Positions 1 through 9,433 of a stretch of 64,000 bases of DNA are shown in pieces. This DNA is from an uncultured Chitinophagaceae bacterium. GTDB lineage: Bacteria; Bacteroidota; Bacteroidia; Chitinophagales; JADJOU01. The notes under the pieces are model-generated. The model ran no database searches and had not been told where the DNA came from. It saw nothing but the letters and a program-made list of their open reading frames with translations. Numbering within the stretch: the first letter of the stretch is position 1; every line of letters begins with the position of its first letter. The stretch spans positions 16,585 to 80,584 of the forward strand of contig CAYXKX010000001.1 in assembly GCA_964465185.1 (NCBI GenBank), read 5' to 3'. The position numbers and the translations under genes were made by a program.

Positions 1-1920
1 CACTCTGCTTTTCTTTATCATGCTATTCAGCATGGTATGGATATGGGCATAGTCAATCCTACCATGCTAGAAGTTTATGACGAAGTGCCGAAAGATTTGA
101 TGGATTTGGTCGAAGATGTATTGCTTAATAGAAGGGAAGATGCTACGGAGAGATTGCTAGACAAGGCGGAGTCTCTAAAAGATGTCAAGAAAGATATTAC
201 AGTCAATATTCTAGAATGGAGAACAAAAAGCATCGAAGAGCGCATTAATCATGCCATCATAAAAGGGGTCGTTGAGTTTATTGATGAGGATACCCTAGAG
301 GCTTTTGAAAAATATGGAGAGCCGCTCAAAGTTATTGAAGGTCCCTTGATGGATGCTATGGGAATAGTGGGCGATCTATTTGGTAGTGGAAAAATGTTTC
401 TTCCGCAAGTAGTGAAGTCAGCTAGAGTCATGAAAAAATCTGTTGCTGTGCTGGAACCCTTTTTGCTCAAAACAGATGGCAAATCATCTAGTGCAGGTAA
501 AATACTCATGGCTACGGTCAAAGGAGATGTGCATGACATTGGTAAAAATATTGTGGGCATCGTACTACAGTGTAATAATTTTGATGTCGTTGACCTCGGC
601 GTCATGGTACCGAAAGAGCGAATCATAGAAGAGGCAATTAAACATAAGGTTAATGTCGTTGGTTTAAGCGGTCTTATTACTCCTTCCTTAGATGAAATGG
701 TCGATGTCGCTATAGAGTTTGAAAAACGCGGTTTGAAAATACCCATCATGATAGGTGGCGCTACCACGAGTGAGATTCATACGGCTGTAAAAATTGAACA
801 GAATTATTCTGGACTCACGATTCACGTTTTGGATGCCTCTAAAAGCGTTCCCATTACCACAAAGCTAGTGAGTACAGAAAAGGAAAACTTTATCGCTGAT
901 CAAAAGGCGCATTATTTAAAACTGAGGGAAGACTATCAAAAAAGGAATCAAAAAGTAGAGCTCATTTCATTGGAAGAAGCTCGCAATAATGCATTTCAGT
1001 GCGATTGGGAGAATAATCAACCAAAAAAACCTAACCACTTAGGTGTAGAAATTAGTGAGAATGTTCCTATTTCTCTAATACGGAAATATATCGACTGGAG
1101 TCCGTTTTTCAATAGTTGGGAACTCAAAGGTACCTATCCTCGTATTTTTGAAAATGAGAAATATGGCGATGAAGCTAAAAAACTCTATGACGATGCCAAT
1201 GCCCTATTAGATCAGTTAGAGAAAGATAGAATTCTATCAATAAATACCATTACTGGACTCTTCGCGTGTGATAAATCCAATGAGTCCTTGACCCTTTATT
1301 CTGATGACACGCGAAAAAATAATTTAGGTCAGCTCCACTTTCTACGTCAACAAACAAAAAAGCAGGAGAGTCAAAAAAATCAATGTCTAACGGATTTTAT
1401 TAGTCCTAATGGAGATTATATTGGCTTATTCGCCGTCACCGCTGGGTTAAATATTGAAGATTATCTCGAACAATATAAAAAAGAACACGACGACTATAAA
1501 GACATTCTACTAAAAGCCGTGGCCGACAGATTAGCTGAGGCCAGTGCAGAATGGCTGCACGAAGAGGTGCGTAAAAATCTTTGGGGATATGCTTCCGACG
1601 AGAATTTGACAAACGAAGACTTAATTCGTGAAAAATATAAAGGTATACGCCCAGCACCAGGTTATGCTGCCTGCCCAGATCACAGCGAAAAAGCGACTAT
1701 TTGGAATATCCTAGAAGTAGAAGAAAAAATTGGTATACAATTAACTGAAAACTATGCCATGTTTCCTACGGCATCGGTTTCTGGTTATTATTTCGGCTTT
1801 CCCGAAATATCCTATTTTGGAATTGGAAAAATAGGAGAAGATCAGGTTTCTGCTTTGGCTAATGCAAAAGATTTATCAGTCGATGAAGTTCGAAAGTTTT
1901 TGAGGCCAAATCTAGACTAA
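1..1920 (+). CDS. metH: Cobalamin-dependent methionine synthase, C-terminal two thirds (5' end lies outside the window)
   Basis: Frame 1 is open from base 1 ([20 protein letters not shown], pterin-binding module). It has the B12-binding DxHxxG motif ([11 protein letters not shown]) and the AdoMet-activation domain motif [15 protein letters not shown]. Confidence 0.95.
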   Translation, partial: HSAFLYHAIQHGMDMGIVNPTMLEVYDEVPKDLMDLVEDVLLNRREDATERLLDKAESLKDVKKDITVNILEWRTKSIEERINHAIIKGVVEFIDEDTLEAFEKYGEPLKVIEGPLMDAMGIVGDLFGSGKMFLPQVVKSARVMKKSVAVLEPFLLKTDGKSSSAGKILMATVKGDVHDIGKNIVGIVLQCNNFDVVDLGVMVPKERIIEEAIKHKVNVVGLSGLITPSLDEMVDVAIEFEKRGLKIPIMIGGATTSEIHTAVKIEQNYSGLTIHVLDASKSVPITTKLVSTEKENFIADQKAHYLKLREDYQKRNQKVELISLEEARNNAFQCDWENNQPKKPNHLGVEISENVPISLIRKYIDWSPFFNSWELKGTYPRIFENEKYGDEAKKLYDDANALLDQLEKDRILSINTITGLFACDKSNESLTLYSDDTRKNNLGQLHFLRQQTKKQESQKNQCLTDFISPNGDYIGLFAVTAGLNIEDYLEQYKKEHDDYKDILLKAVADRLAEASAEWLHEEVRKNLWGYASDENLTNEDLIREKYKGIRPAPGYAACPDHSEKATIWNILEVEEKIGIQLTENYAMFPTASVSGYYFGFPEISYFGIGKIGEDQVSALANAKDLSVDEVRKFLRPNLD

Positions 1921-1923
1921 CCT

Positions 1924-3477
1924 CTATTTGACCTTGACTATTCTTTGATCTATCTTTTTCTGCTTTTTAAAATATTCCGTTACGGTAACCCTGCCAAATT
2001 GATTTGGATAATATATTGTCCAATTAGCATCTTTAGTTTTTTCTATTACATCCTTAATTGGTTCATCTCCATTATAGCGCAAGGTAACATATTGCAATTC
2101 CTTTTTACCTGAACTCGCTCTATCAAAATTAGTATAGGCTACTATAAATTCAGATCGATCTTCATTAACTTGTGCGCTTCTGTAATCAAAAAATCCCAAA
2201 GCCTTTAGAGCTTTAGCCTGAAGATGAACTGAAATATAGTCTCCTCCTTCTAAGGCAATGCTACTCACCTTCTTTTTATGTCGGTCTCCATCAAGAAAAT
2301 TAAAATCTGCATCAAATTTAAAAACAGCTAAGTCGTTCACTTGCATCTTAGTAATGTTGCCATCCCTTCCGCCACTTAATGCGGCAAAAGCCAATCCAAC
2401 TCCATCGACAACTTTTTTATACCCTTCTCCGATGGCTATAATTTTACCATTGGATAAAGTAAGCGTTTTGTGAATTTTAAGAAAGCCCATTTCCTTAGAT
2501 CTATTCTTGGAATCAAAACCAAGGAAACCTTTAAAATCTTTAGACCACTCCTTGTACTTTTCTCTTAATAGTGTTCCATCTTCTTTTAATTCCCACAACG
2601 CAAGGCCTTGAGATTCATCCTTAAACACATTATCTTCATTCTTATAATAGGTTCCAACAAATTTTACTGATTTATAAAACGGATCATCTACCATAGAACT
2701 TGGTACAAATATATATTCCCCTAATTCTTCCCCGTTCGTTTCAAAAACTTTTTTCCAACTCTTTACGTCTATTGCTAGAATATTGATAATTACTGTCTTT
2801 GCCATTGGCCCCTTCATTTTCTCAATTTTGAAATAAGCAATGCCATCTTTCGTACCAAGAAAGTCAGGAAATGAGAGTTTAGATTTACTTACATAAGGGA
2901 ATACCTCCACTTTTTTTGAACCTGTTGTAAATTTTAATAATTTAAAGCTATTCATTTTTTCAACTTCACATTGTGCCACAGAACAAAATCCTTCACCTTC
3001 CAGGTCAAATAGCTCGGTGTTTTCTGCAAAATCTGCATCTCCATCCATTAATGAATATCTTAAATATTTTCTATATTCAGACTTATCTAGTTCAAACGTA
3101 TAGTCTAACAACTTCTTACCACTAACATCAAATACTTTATACTTAAAATCCTTATTCTTACCATCTAAAAATTTAAAGCATATTTCTCCATCTTGATAAG
3201 ACGATTCTATCAAATACAAATCACTAGTTTCAGTGAAATTAAATCGATTTATTGCCGTTGCATTCTCATCGGTAATTACTAATGCATAATCTTGCATTTT
3301 CTTCTTTGGTTTATCAATAGCATAAAGTAAATAGTGCCCTTGAAAGACATTATTTTGCGTTATATTTCCACTGCTTCGATAATAAACATCTACCTGTAGA
3401 TCGTCTAATTTTACTTTCTTTTGACCATATGACACTGCTGCAATAGCAATAAAGAGTAATATGTATAGTTTTTTCAT
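1924..3477 (-). CDS. Hypothetical secreted protein (517 aa), no recognisable catalytic motif
   Basis: Long ORF with an ATG start and an N-terminal signal peptide (MKKLYILLFIAIAAVSYGQ). It lies 11 bp downstream of the M48 peptidase gene on the same strand. Confidence 0.6.
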   Translation of the reverse strand: MKKLYILLFIAIAAVSYGQKKVKLDDLQVDVYYRSSGNITQNNVFQGHYLLYAIDKPKKKMQDYALVITDENATAINRFNFTETSDLYLIESSYQDGEICFKFLDGKNKDFKYKVFDVSGKKLLDYTFELDKSEYRKYLRYSLMDGDADFAENTELFDLEGEGFCSVAQCEVEKMNSFKLLKFTTGSKKVEVFPYVSKSKLSFPDFLGTKDGIAYFKIEKMKGPMAKTVIINILAIDVKSWKKVFETNGEELGEYIFVPSSMVDDPFYKSVKFVGTYYKNEDNVFKDESQGLALWELKEDGTLLREKYKEWSKDFKGFLGFDSKNRSKEMGFLKIHKTLTLSNGKIIAIGEGYKKVVDGVGLAFAALSGGRDGNITKMQVNDLAVFKFDADFNFLDGDRHKKKVSSIALEGGDYISVHLQAKALKALGFFDYRSAQVNEDRSEFIVAYTNFDRASSGKKELQYVTLRYNGDEPIKDVIEKTKDANWTIYYPNQFGRVTVTEYFKKQKKIDQRIVKVK

Positions 3478-3488
3478 GAGAAAAATTA

Positions 3489-4802
3489 TTAGTAATTAAT
3501 ATTATGTTTGATTTTGTAACTTTCTTTTATCCGATCAAGATCTCCAATCGTTAAATTATCGATAAATATAGTTAGTTTATTATATTCAGGGGAAAAATAT
3601 GGATTTCTAATGTCAACATAGCGCCCCAGCGTATGGTCTGATAATTTTTCGTGTATTAATACTAAACATTTATACATCGATTTTTTTAGAAAATAGCTTG
3701 TGTCGCCTTTGTGTTGCTGCTCGAGAATATAGTACATTGCGGCTGAAACCTTATTAGAGTGAAATAATACATCAACGCTTTGATAAGAAAAATCTCGTTT
3801 CATTTTTTTAAAAATATCTTCCGAAACGACGTATTTCTGTCCTTCTTTTCTTTCAAAACTTGCTAAATCTTCTTGCAATAACTGATATCTAATTTCTGGG
3901 TCTGGGTGTGTTTTGAATGAATCTAATTCTTCTTTACTTAAGCTAAACTTCATTTTATCAGCCATACTCTGTTTCTTATAAATCCATTTATTATTAAATG
4001 GTAAATCCTCAAATGTCAATGTTTCCTTTAATATTTCATTCATGTTGTAAAGCTCTGTATCAGCGTGTCTCAAATTATATGTGGCCAAAATTGCATCATT
4101 TAGATCATAGCCCGTATTCCGCAAATAGGATAAAGAAATAGAATCCGATTCTGATTCATGAACTCTACCATGCTTAGAGTCCGTAAACTCAAGACTTTTA
4201 AACAACTTCTCCAATCTTTCCAAACGACGATTACCCCTATCTTTTTTCGCATCTCTAAGCATAGATTGAATATCCTCTGAGCCCAGCATATTATGCAGCT
4301 CTTCAAAACTTTTCTTTGAATGTTGTTCTTGCCAATGAGCCAGCTCGTGTCCAATTATCATTGCTAATTGTGCCTCACTTTCTAAAATTTGAAGTAGCCC
4401 AATGTTTATAAAAATTGTACCATCAATATAGGTAGATGCATTTGGTATTGGCAGACGACTAAAATAAACTCTAAACTTGAGCCTTTGGAGGTCTGGATTA
4501 TTATTAATTAGTTCTGACAGTATTTGGTTAAGGTAATTCTCGTATTCTGAATTAAAATAAATTCTTGAATATTCATACTTTAGCCTGTTTTTAACAGGTT
4601 TCTTCAATTCCTTAAATTCTTTCTTATAATCACCTTGATATTCGTTCCAAATTTCATCAATTTTACTATCGACTGTTTCATACAATTTTACTCCTCGCAA
4701 ACTATCTCTTCTTATGAACATAAATTCCTCTTCTTCCTGCGAAAAACTAGGATGGGCTAAGAATAAAAAACAATTTAATAAAAAAAGGAGTCTTAAAGTC
4801 AA
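3489..4802 (-). CDS. M48-family zinc metallopeptidase, secreted
   Basis: HExxH motif in a typical M48 context (IIGHELAHWQEQH) and signal-peptide-like N-terminus (LLFLLNCFLFLAHPSFSQ). The only available start codon is TTG. Confidence 0.8.
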   Translation of the reverse strand: MTLRLLFLLNCFLFLAHPSFSQEEEEFMFIRRDSLRGVKLYETVDSKIDEIWNEYQGDYKKEFKELKKPVKNRLKYEYSRIYFNSEYENYLNQILSELINNNPDLQRLKFRVYFSRLPIPNASTYIDGTIFINIGLLQILESEAQLAMIIGHELAHWQEQHSKKSFEELHNMLGSEDIQSMLRDAKKDRGNRRLERLEKLFKSLEFTDSKHGRVHESESDSISLSYLRNTGYDLNDAILATYNLRHADTELYNMNEILKETLTFEDLPFNNKWIYKKQSMADKMKFSLSKEELDSFKTHPDPEIRYQLLQEDLASFERKEGQKYVVSEDIFKKMKRDFSYQSVDVLFHSNKVSAAMYYILEQQHKGDTSYFLKKSMYKCLVLIHEKLSDHTLGRYVDIRNPYFSPEYNKLTIFIDNLTIGDLDRIKESYKIKHNINY

Positions 4803-4908
4803 GCTTACTAAATGAGGTTGTAAAAATAGAAAATAATTTCATTTAATATTCACAAAATCGCCTCTCTAAGCAATAACTTTTTTTATATTAGCAATTAGTT
4901 AAAAAATA

Positions 4909-5259
4909 ATGCACCCAATCAAAACAAAAATATTAGACTATTGTCTTTCTCTCTCAAACACAGAAGAGGCATTTCCTTTTGATGATAAGGTATGGGTGGC
5001 AAAAGTTTATGGTAAGATATTTATCTTAATGAATTTAGTTGAGGATGATGTACGATTCAACCTCAAATGTCAACCAGAAAAAGCGGAAGAATTAAGAGCC
5101 GAATATGATTTTGTGCAGCCGGGATACCATATGAGCAAAAAACATTGGAATACAATACATTGGTTAGATTCTGGCTTAGATTGGAAAACCCTAAAAGACT
5201 GGATAGATCATTCTTACGAACTAGTATTATCGTCTGTACCTAAATCAAAGAGAATCTAA
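4909..5259 (+). CDS. MmcQ/YjbR-family protein (putative DNA-binding)
   Basis: 116 aa with family-typical segments EAFPFDD..VAKV.GKIF and KKHWNTI. ATG start. Confidence 0.7.
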   Translation: MHPIKTKILDYCLSLSNTEEAFPFDDKVWVAKVYGKIFILMNLVEDDVRFNLKCQPEKAEELRAEYDFVQPGYHMSKKHWNTIHWLDSGLDWKTLKDWIDHSYELVLSSVPKSKRI

Positions 5260-7511
5260 TAGGTAATAGAAATTCCCACTGATAGATTTCTACCTAAATC
5301 ATCTGAGAAGTAACGCAATCGGTTTAAATAATCTCTATATCTGGTATTGAGAATATTCTCCACTTGTAAATAAGCCATTATTCGCTGCGATTTTATTTGC
5401 CTTTCTATTGAAATTCTGCTACCCAACAATAAATAGGCATCGGGAGCAGGAATAAAATCTTGATCAGTATTGAGATTATTTTGCCTAAATGTATATTGTC
5501 CAGAAATCGCCCATGTTGGGTTTTCCCATTTTCCCCATTTGGATGCAGAAAATTCCATCTCTCCACGAAGACGATTGGCTGGCATAAAAATCAAAGGAAT
5601 GTCTTCAGTTAAATTCACCCCTTTTAGATAACTATAGTCTGCGGACAAATCAATCCCTTCCATTAGTTTATACTTTACTTTCGCGTCCAAACCGTAGATT
5701 TGGGCATGCGTTTGTTCATATATAAATACAGGATAAGCGCCTCTTATGGTCAATCTATATTGAGGCTGAGGTTTGAGATAAATGAAATCATTCATATTGT
5801 GGAAATAAACTTGGGCTTCGGTAAACAATCGCTCTGTCCAAGTAGATTGTATAGATACAGACGTTTTGAATGATTTTTCAGATTTTAAATTTGAGTTTCC
5901 TTCTTCTAAACTCGCTACTCCTTGATGCAAGCCGAATGAGTATAATTCATTTATGGCAGGATTTCTAACCGTAAATCCAGAGTTGAATTGTATATCCGTT
6001 TGCCTATTTAAATGATATAAATAGGAAATAGATGCTGCGCCATTATGAAAAAGGTGTGATAATTCAATATTCTCTCGAGGAATTGTTTTTGTAGTGGAAA
6101 ATATATTGAATGCCTGCATATCATATCGAAAACCAATATCGAATTTTGAATTTTCGTAATTATGACTATGGGTAAAAAATAAAGATGGCTCTATGGAACT
6201 ATAATTGGGAATTAATGGAGTTATACCCGTTTCAGGCTGATTGATATTCTCTGTATATTGAAATTGAACGCCTGATTTAGTAATAGAATTTTTGCGTGTC
6301 TTAATCCATTTTCCCTCCAAGAAATGACTGTGCTGAAAAATGAAAAGTGCGGGTATTTCAGATCTCCCTCCTCGTCGAACGTCATATTCTTTTCTATTAT
6401 TTATCTGCCCTGCATACAACAAATTTAATGCGTTACTTGAATCAATCAATTTGTTGCTTGATAGTTTCAACAAATGATGATTCACTTCCTGTCTAGGAGG
6501 CGCGATGTCTCTTCGATATTCATCTTCTGTGAAAAACGGCTGGCTGCGGCCTATGGCTTCATTCAAATCTGACGTATTGCTCACATGCGATCCTCTCAGG
6601 ACGCCCAATTCCGTATTGAAGCTGCTTAGAAATAAATTCGTCTTCCAATCTTTAAATAAAGTCTTTTCTGCTAAAAATGAAACGTTCATTTCTCTGCTTC
6701 CTGTATTTCGCAAATAATAGTCCGCCGTAGATTTATCCCCACTATTCTTGTATGTGCCCGTTAGTCTCCATGCTAAGTTAGGTTGATTCTTTTCCAATTG
6801 AACATTCGCGCCAAACCCGAATCCATTCGTTTCGAAAAAACTATTTAGCTTTCCATGTAAGTGCGGATCATCTTTGAAGCGATTAGCTTCTATAGAAATC
6901 AATGCACCCATATTGACCCCTTTAAACTCTAATGCAGAAACTCCTTTTATGACGCGTACTCTGTTTCCGGCTAATGGATCTATTTCTGGTGCATGATCAT
7001 TGCCCCATTGCTGACCAGTCTGTGCGATTCCTTGGTTGAGTATCGTCAATCTATTTCCATACAACCCTTGTATGATAGGCTTTGCTATACTATTTCCATT
7101 TTTTATAGTACGAACCCCCGTGGTTTTTTCTAGTAAATTTGATAAATTTTCCTTTGCCAATACATCAATTTGTCCTTGAGAAACAGCCTCAATTATAGGA
7201 TTTCGTTTAGCTCCTATCTTTACTTCATTCAGATGCTTGTGATAGTGGTGCAAATAAAATACCATACTGGTATCGCTAAAGATACTTAGATGATGCGTTT
7301 CAGCTTCACAGCCTTGATGAGATAGGCTTAAGTGATACTCATAACCAGAAACTAGCTTGTATGTAAACTCTCCTTTCGAGTTTGTTATCTCTGTTTTATT
7401 TAATTCCGATATGAAGCAACTAACTTTTACCAAAGGTTTATTCGTGGAAGCATCTAATACTTTCGCTCGCAGAATAAATGAGTCAGACTGTGAAATTGCA
7501 GTCTGACTCAC
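5256..7511 (-). CDS. TonB-dependent outer-membrane receptor with CarboxypepD_reg-like N-domain
   Basis: N-terminal ILRAKVLDASTNKPL..GEFTY domain, then plug and beta-barrel, ending in the aromatic residue typical of the family (..VGISITY). His-rich stretch LHHYHKH. The listed GTG start leaves no signal peptide; see findings. Confidence 0.9.
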   Translation of the reverse strand: MSQTAISQSDSFILRAKVLDASTNKPLVKVSCFISELNKTEITNSKGEFTYKLVSGYEYHLSLSHQGCEAETHHLSIFSDTSMVFYLHHYHKHLNEVKIGAKRNPIIEAVSQGQIDVLAKENLSNLLEKTTGVRTIKNGNSIAKPIIQGLYGNRLTILNQGIAQTGQQWGNDHAPEIDPLAGNRVRVIKGVSALEFKGVNMGALISIEANRFKDDPHLHGKLNSFFETNGFGFGANVQLEKNQPNLAWRLTGTYKNSGDKSTADYYLRNTGSREMNVSFLAEKTLFKDWKTNLFLSSFNTELGVLRGSHVSNTSDLNEAIGRSQPFFTEDEYRRDIAPPRQEVNHHLLKLSSNKLIDSSNALNLLYAGQINNRKEYDVRRGGRSEIPALFIFQHSHFLEGKWIKTRKNSITKSGVQFQYTENINQPETGITPLIPNYSSIEPSLFFTHSHNYENSKFDIGFRYDMQAFNIFSTTKTIPRENIELSHLFHNGAASISYLYHLNRQTDIQFNSGFTVRNPAINELYSFGLHQGVASLEEGNSNLKSEKSFKTSVSIQSTWTERLFTEAQVYFHNMNDFIYLKPQPQYRLTIRGAYPVFIYEQTHAQIYGLDAKVKYKLMEGIDLSADYSYLKGVNLTEDIPLIFMPANRLRGEMEFSASKWGKWENPTWAISGQYTFRQNNLNTDQDFIPAPDAYLLLGSRISIERQIKSQRIMAYLQVENILNTRYRDYLNRLRYFSDDLGRNLSVGISITY

Positions 7512-7554
7512 TATTAGAATATTTACTATTATTATTAACTTTCTCGTAATATTT

Positions 7555-8106
7555 CTAATTTACTGTAATTGGATAACTAATTTCCGCGTCTGTTTCTCCT
7601 CCAGCGTTGGTCATGTCGCCGCCAGAAACTCCCGCTGCCGATTTGTTTGGCTCATGTTTCAAGATTAGCTTTAAAACACCTGATCCTGCAGAACCCGTTT
7701 GCACTTTGTTGGATAATCCTATAGGATTGTTGGATGCATCTTTGTCATCATATGAAACTACAATCCCCGCAACAGTTGAGGTGAAGAAGAATTGATGCTT
7801 GGTCCCTTCTGCTAAAATCTCACTAGTTAACTCTTCATATTGACCATCGTGCAGAGTAAATAGTTTTATGCTTCCAGTATAATTCTTATTGGCTTTCAAT
7901 GTGCCTCCCGCTATAACAGGCGCTGTACCGCCGTCGCCATCAGGGTCATTAAAACTAAAACTGACGGTATCTGTAGCTGATTTTAGTTCATAAATAACAC
8001 GATTGATCGAGTCATGATCGCTATGATTATGGTCGTCTTTTTTACAGCTTGTGTTGAAAATTAATAATGTAGTTACTATTAGAATTAAATATGATAATTT
8101 TTTCAT
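7555..8106 (-). CDS. Lipoprotein with His-rich N-terminus (unknown function), co-oriented with the TonB-dependent receptor
   Basis: Lipobox (LLIFNTSCKKDD) followed by DDHNHSDHD. ATG start. The stop is adjacent to the receptor gene. Confidence 0.7.
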   Translation of the reverse strand: MKKLSYLILIVTTLLIFNTSCKKDDHNHSDHDSINRVIYELKSATDTVSFSFNDPDGDGGTAPVIAGGTLKANKNYTGSIKLFTLHDGQYEELTSEILAEGTKHQFFFTSTVAGIVVSYDDKDASNNPIGLSNKVQTGSAGSGVLKLILKHEPNKSAAGVSGGDMTNAGGETDAEISYPITVN

Positions 8107-8285
8107 TTGTGTGTTTTTTAAATTAAATAATTTAGTTTAGAATTTATAACCATCCTTATTAATAAAGATAAATAAAGGCTTTGCAAAGCTTTTTATTCTC
8201 TTCTATACCGAAAATTTCTGAAAATTCACAGAAGTATCTGCAATGAAAAAAAGGACATGGTAGACGAAATTGTCTATAGTAAATT

Positions 8286-8594
8286 TTAAAACACAGGAGG
8301 TCCTCGTTCCGACTGATGTTTGACAACATCTAAAACTATGGTCGAACGGTATAGTATATATTGATAAGAAATTTGAAGGTCACCACAGAAATGTAAATTC
8401 TGTTTAATTATATGAAACAATGAAAACTCAAAATGACAAATAGCACATTTTTCCTGAGCCTTATGAAACGTATTTTCAGAAGACGTATTGGAAACTTCGC
8501 TTTCTATGTGGTGCACGTGCGTCCATTTCTCTAACTGCGGATAGAGAAAGAGTGCTAGAAGAAATATCGATATAAATGTCTTCTTATTCATCAT
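8286..8594 (-). CDS. Small membrane-anchored His/Cys-rich protein (102 aa)
   Basis: N-terminal hydrophobic helix (FISIFLLALFLYP), then WTHVHHIESE and CAICHFEF motifs. It sits upstream of the lipoprotein and receptor on the same strand. Confidence 0.5.
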   Translation of the reverse strand: MMNKKTFISIFLLALFLYPQLEKWTHVHHIESEVSNTSSENTFHKAQEKCAICHFEFSLFHIIKQNLHFCGDLQISYQYILYRSTIVLDVVKHQSERGPPVF

Positions 8595-8675
8595 TAGAAG
8601 AGCGAAATTAAGTTAGAAAAATTAAATCAGCTACGAAATCTAGACTCTTAGTAAATTTACAAACAGATTTTAACT

Positions 8676-9425
8676 ATGATTTATCTCAAACGATTTTATC
8701 TCATTCCTTGGACATTATGGTGCGGACTTAGCTTCCTATTGCTTAATCTCGCTTTTTTTCCATTTATGTATCTTTTTTTGCTTTCTGGAAACAGCACGCT
8801 CTATCGTTGGACACACCAAATGCCAACAATTATAGGTAGAATTTCTGCTTTTCTCTGGGGAATACGCGTCATAGTATCTGGTCGAGAACATTTCGATATA
8901 AATACCCAATACATATTCGTCGGCAATCACCGCTCTTTCCTAGATGCCATCATTTCTGGAGGCTTTATTTGCAATTACAAAAAATTTATTGGTAAGGCCG
9001 AAATTCTTAAGTGGCCATTTATGGGATTCATTCTTCGGAAATTGTATATCCCCGTGAAACGGGAAGACAAAGACTCGCGTAAAAAGTCTATGGAACAGCT
9101 GATTGAAAAAATGAAAGAGGGTTATTCAATGGTCGTCTTCTCCGAGGGAAAATCTAATACTACCGACGAACCTCTGCTACCCTTCAAAGACGGAGCCTAT
9201 TCTACCTCTTGTGAAACACAAATCCCTATTGTTCCTTTCGTTATGTATGGTGCAGATCATCTATGGCCTAGAAAACAATTTCTCATTCGCCCCGGCAAAA
9301 TCTATCTCGACTTTTTGCCTATCGTAAAACCTTTAAAACCAACCGAAGACCAAATCAAGCAACAAAAAGAGACGGTTTACAATCATATGCTAGTAACCTA
9401 TAAAAAAAGAGAGATTGAGTATTGA
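8676..9425 (+). CDS. plsC: 1-acyl-sn-glycerol-3-phosphate acyltransferase family protein
   Basis: HX4D acyltransferase motif (GNHRSFLDA) and FSEG motif (VVFSEGKSN), plus an N-terminal membrane helix. Confidence 0.85.
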   Translation: MIYLKRFYLIPWTLWCGLSFLLLNLAFFPFMYLFLLSGNSTLYRWTHQMPTIIGRISAFLWGIRVIVSGREHFDINTQYIFVGNHRSFLDAIISGGFICNYKKFIGKAEILKWPFMGFILRKLYIPVKREDKDSRKKSMEQLIEKMKEGYSMVVFSEGKSNTTDEPLLPFKDGAYSTSCETQIPIVPFVMYGADHLWPRKQFLIRPGKIYLDFLPIVKPLKPTEDQIKQQKETVYNHMLVTYKKREIEY

Positions 9426-9433
9426 GAATTCTG

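Noticed and set aside
249-767. Antisense and shadow ORFs listed in the track inside long genes, for example 249..767, 2258..2473, 10647..10928, 25103..25396, 39638..39976, 49933..50262, 63438..63716 and 63718..63909.
   Set aside because: Each lies wholly within, and on the strand opposite to or out of frame with, a CDS carrying strong family motifs. Their translations are low-complexity with no motifs. This is typical of AT-rich genomes, where stop codons are depleted on the antisense strand of real genes.
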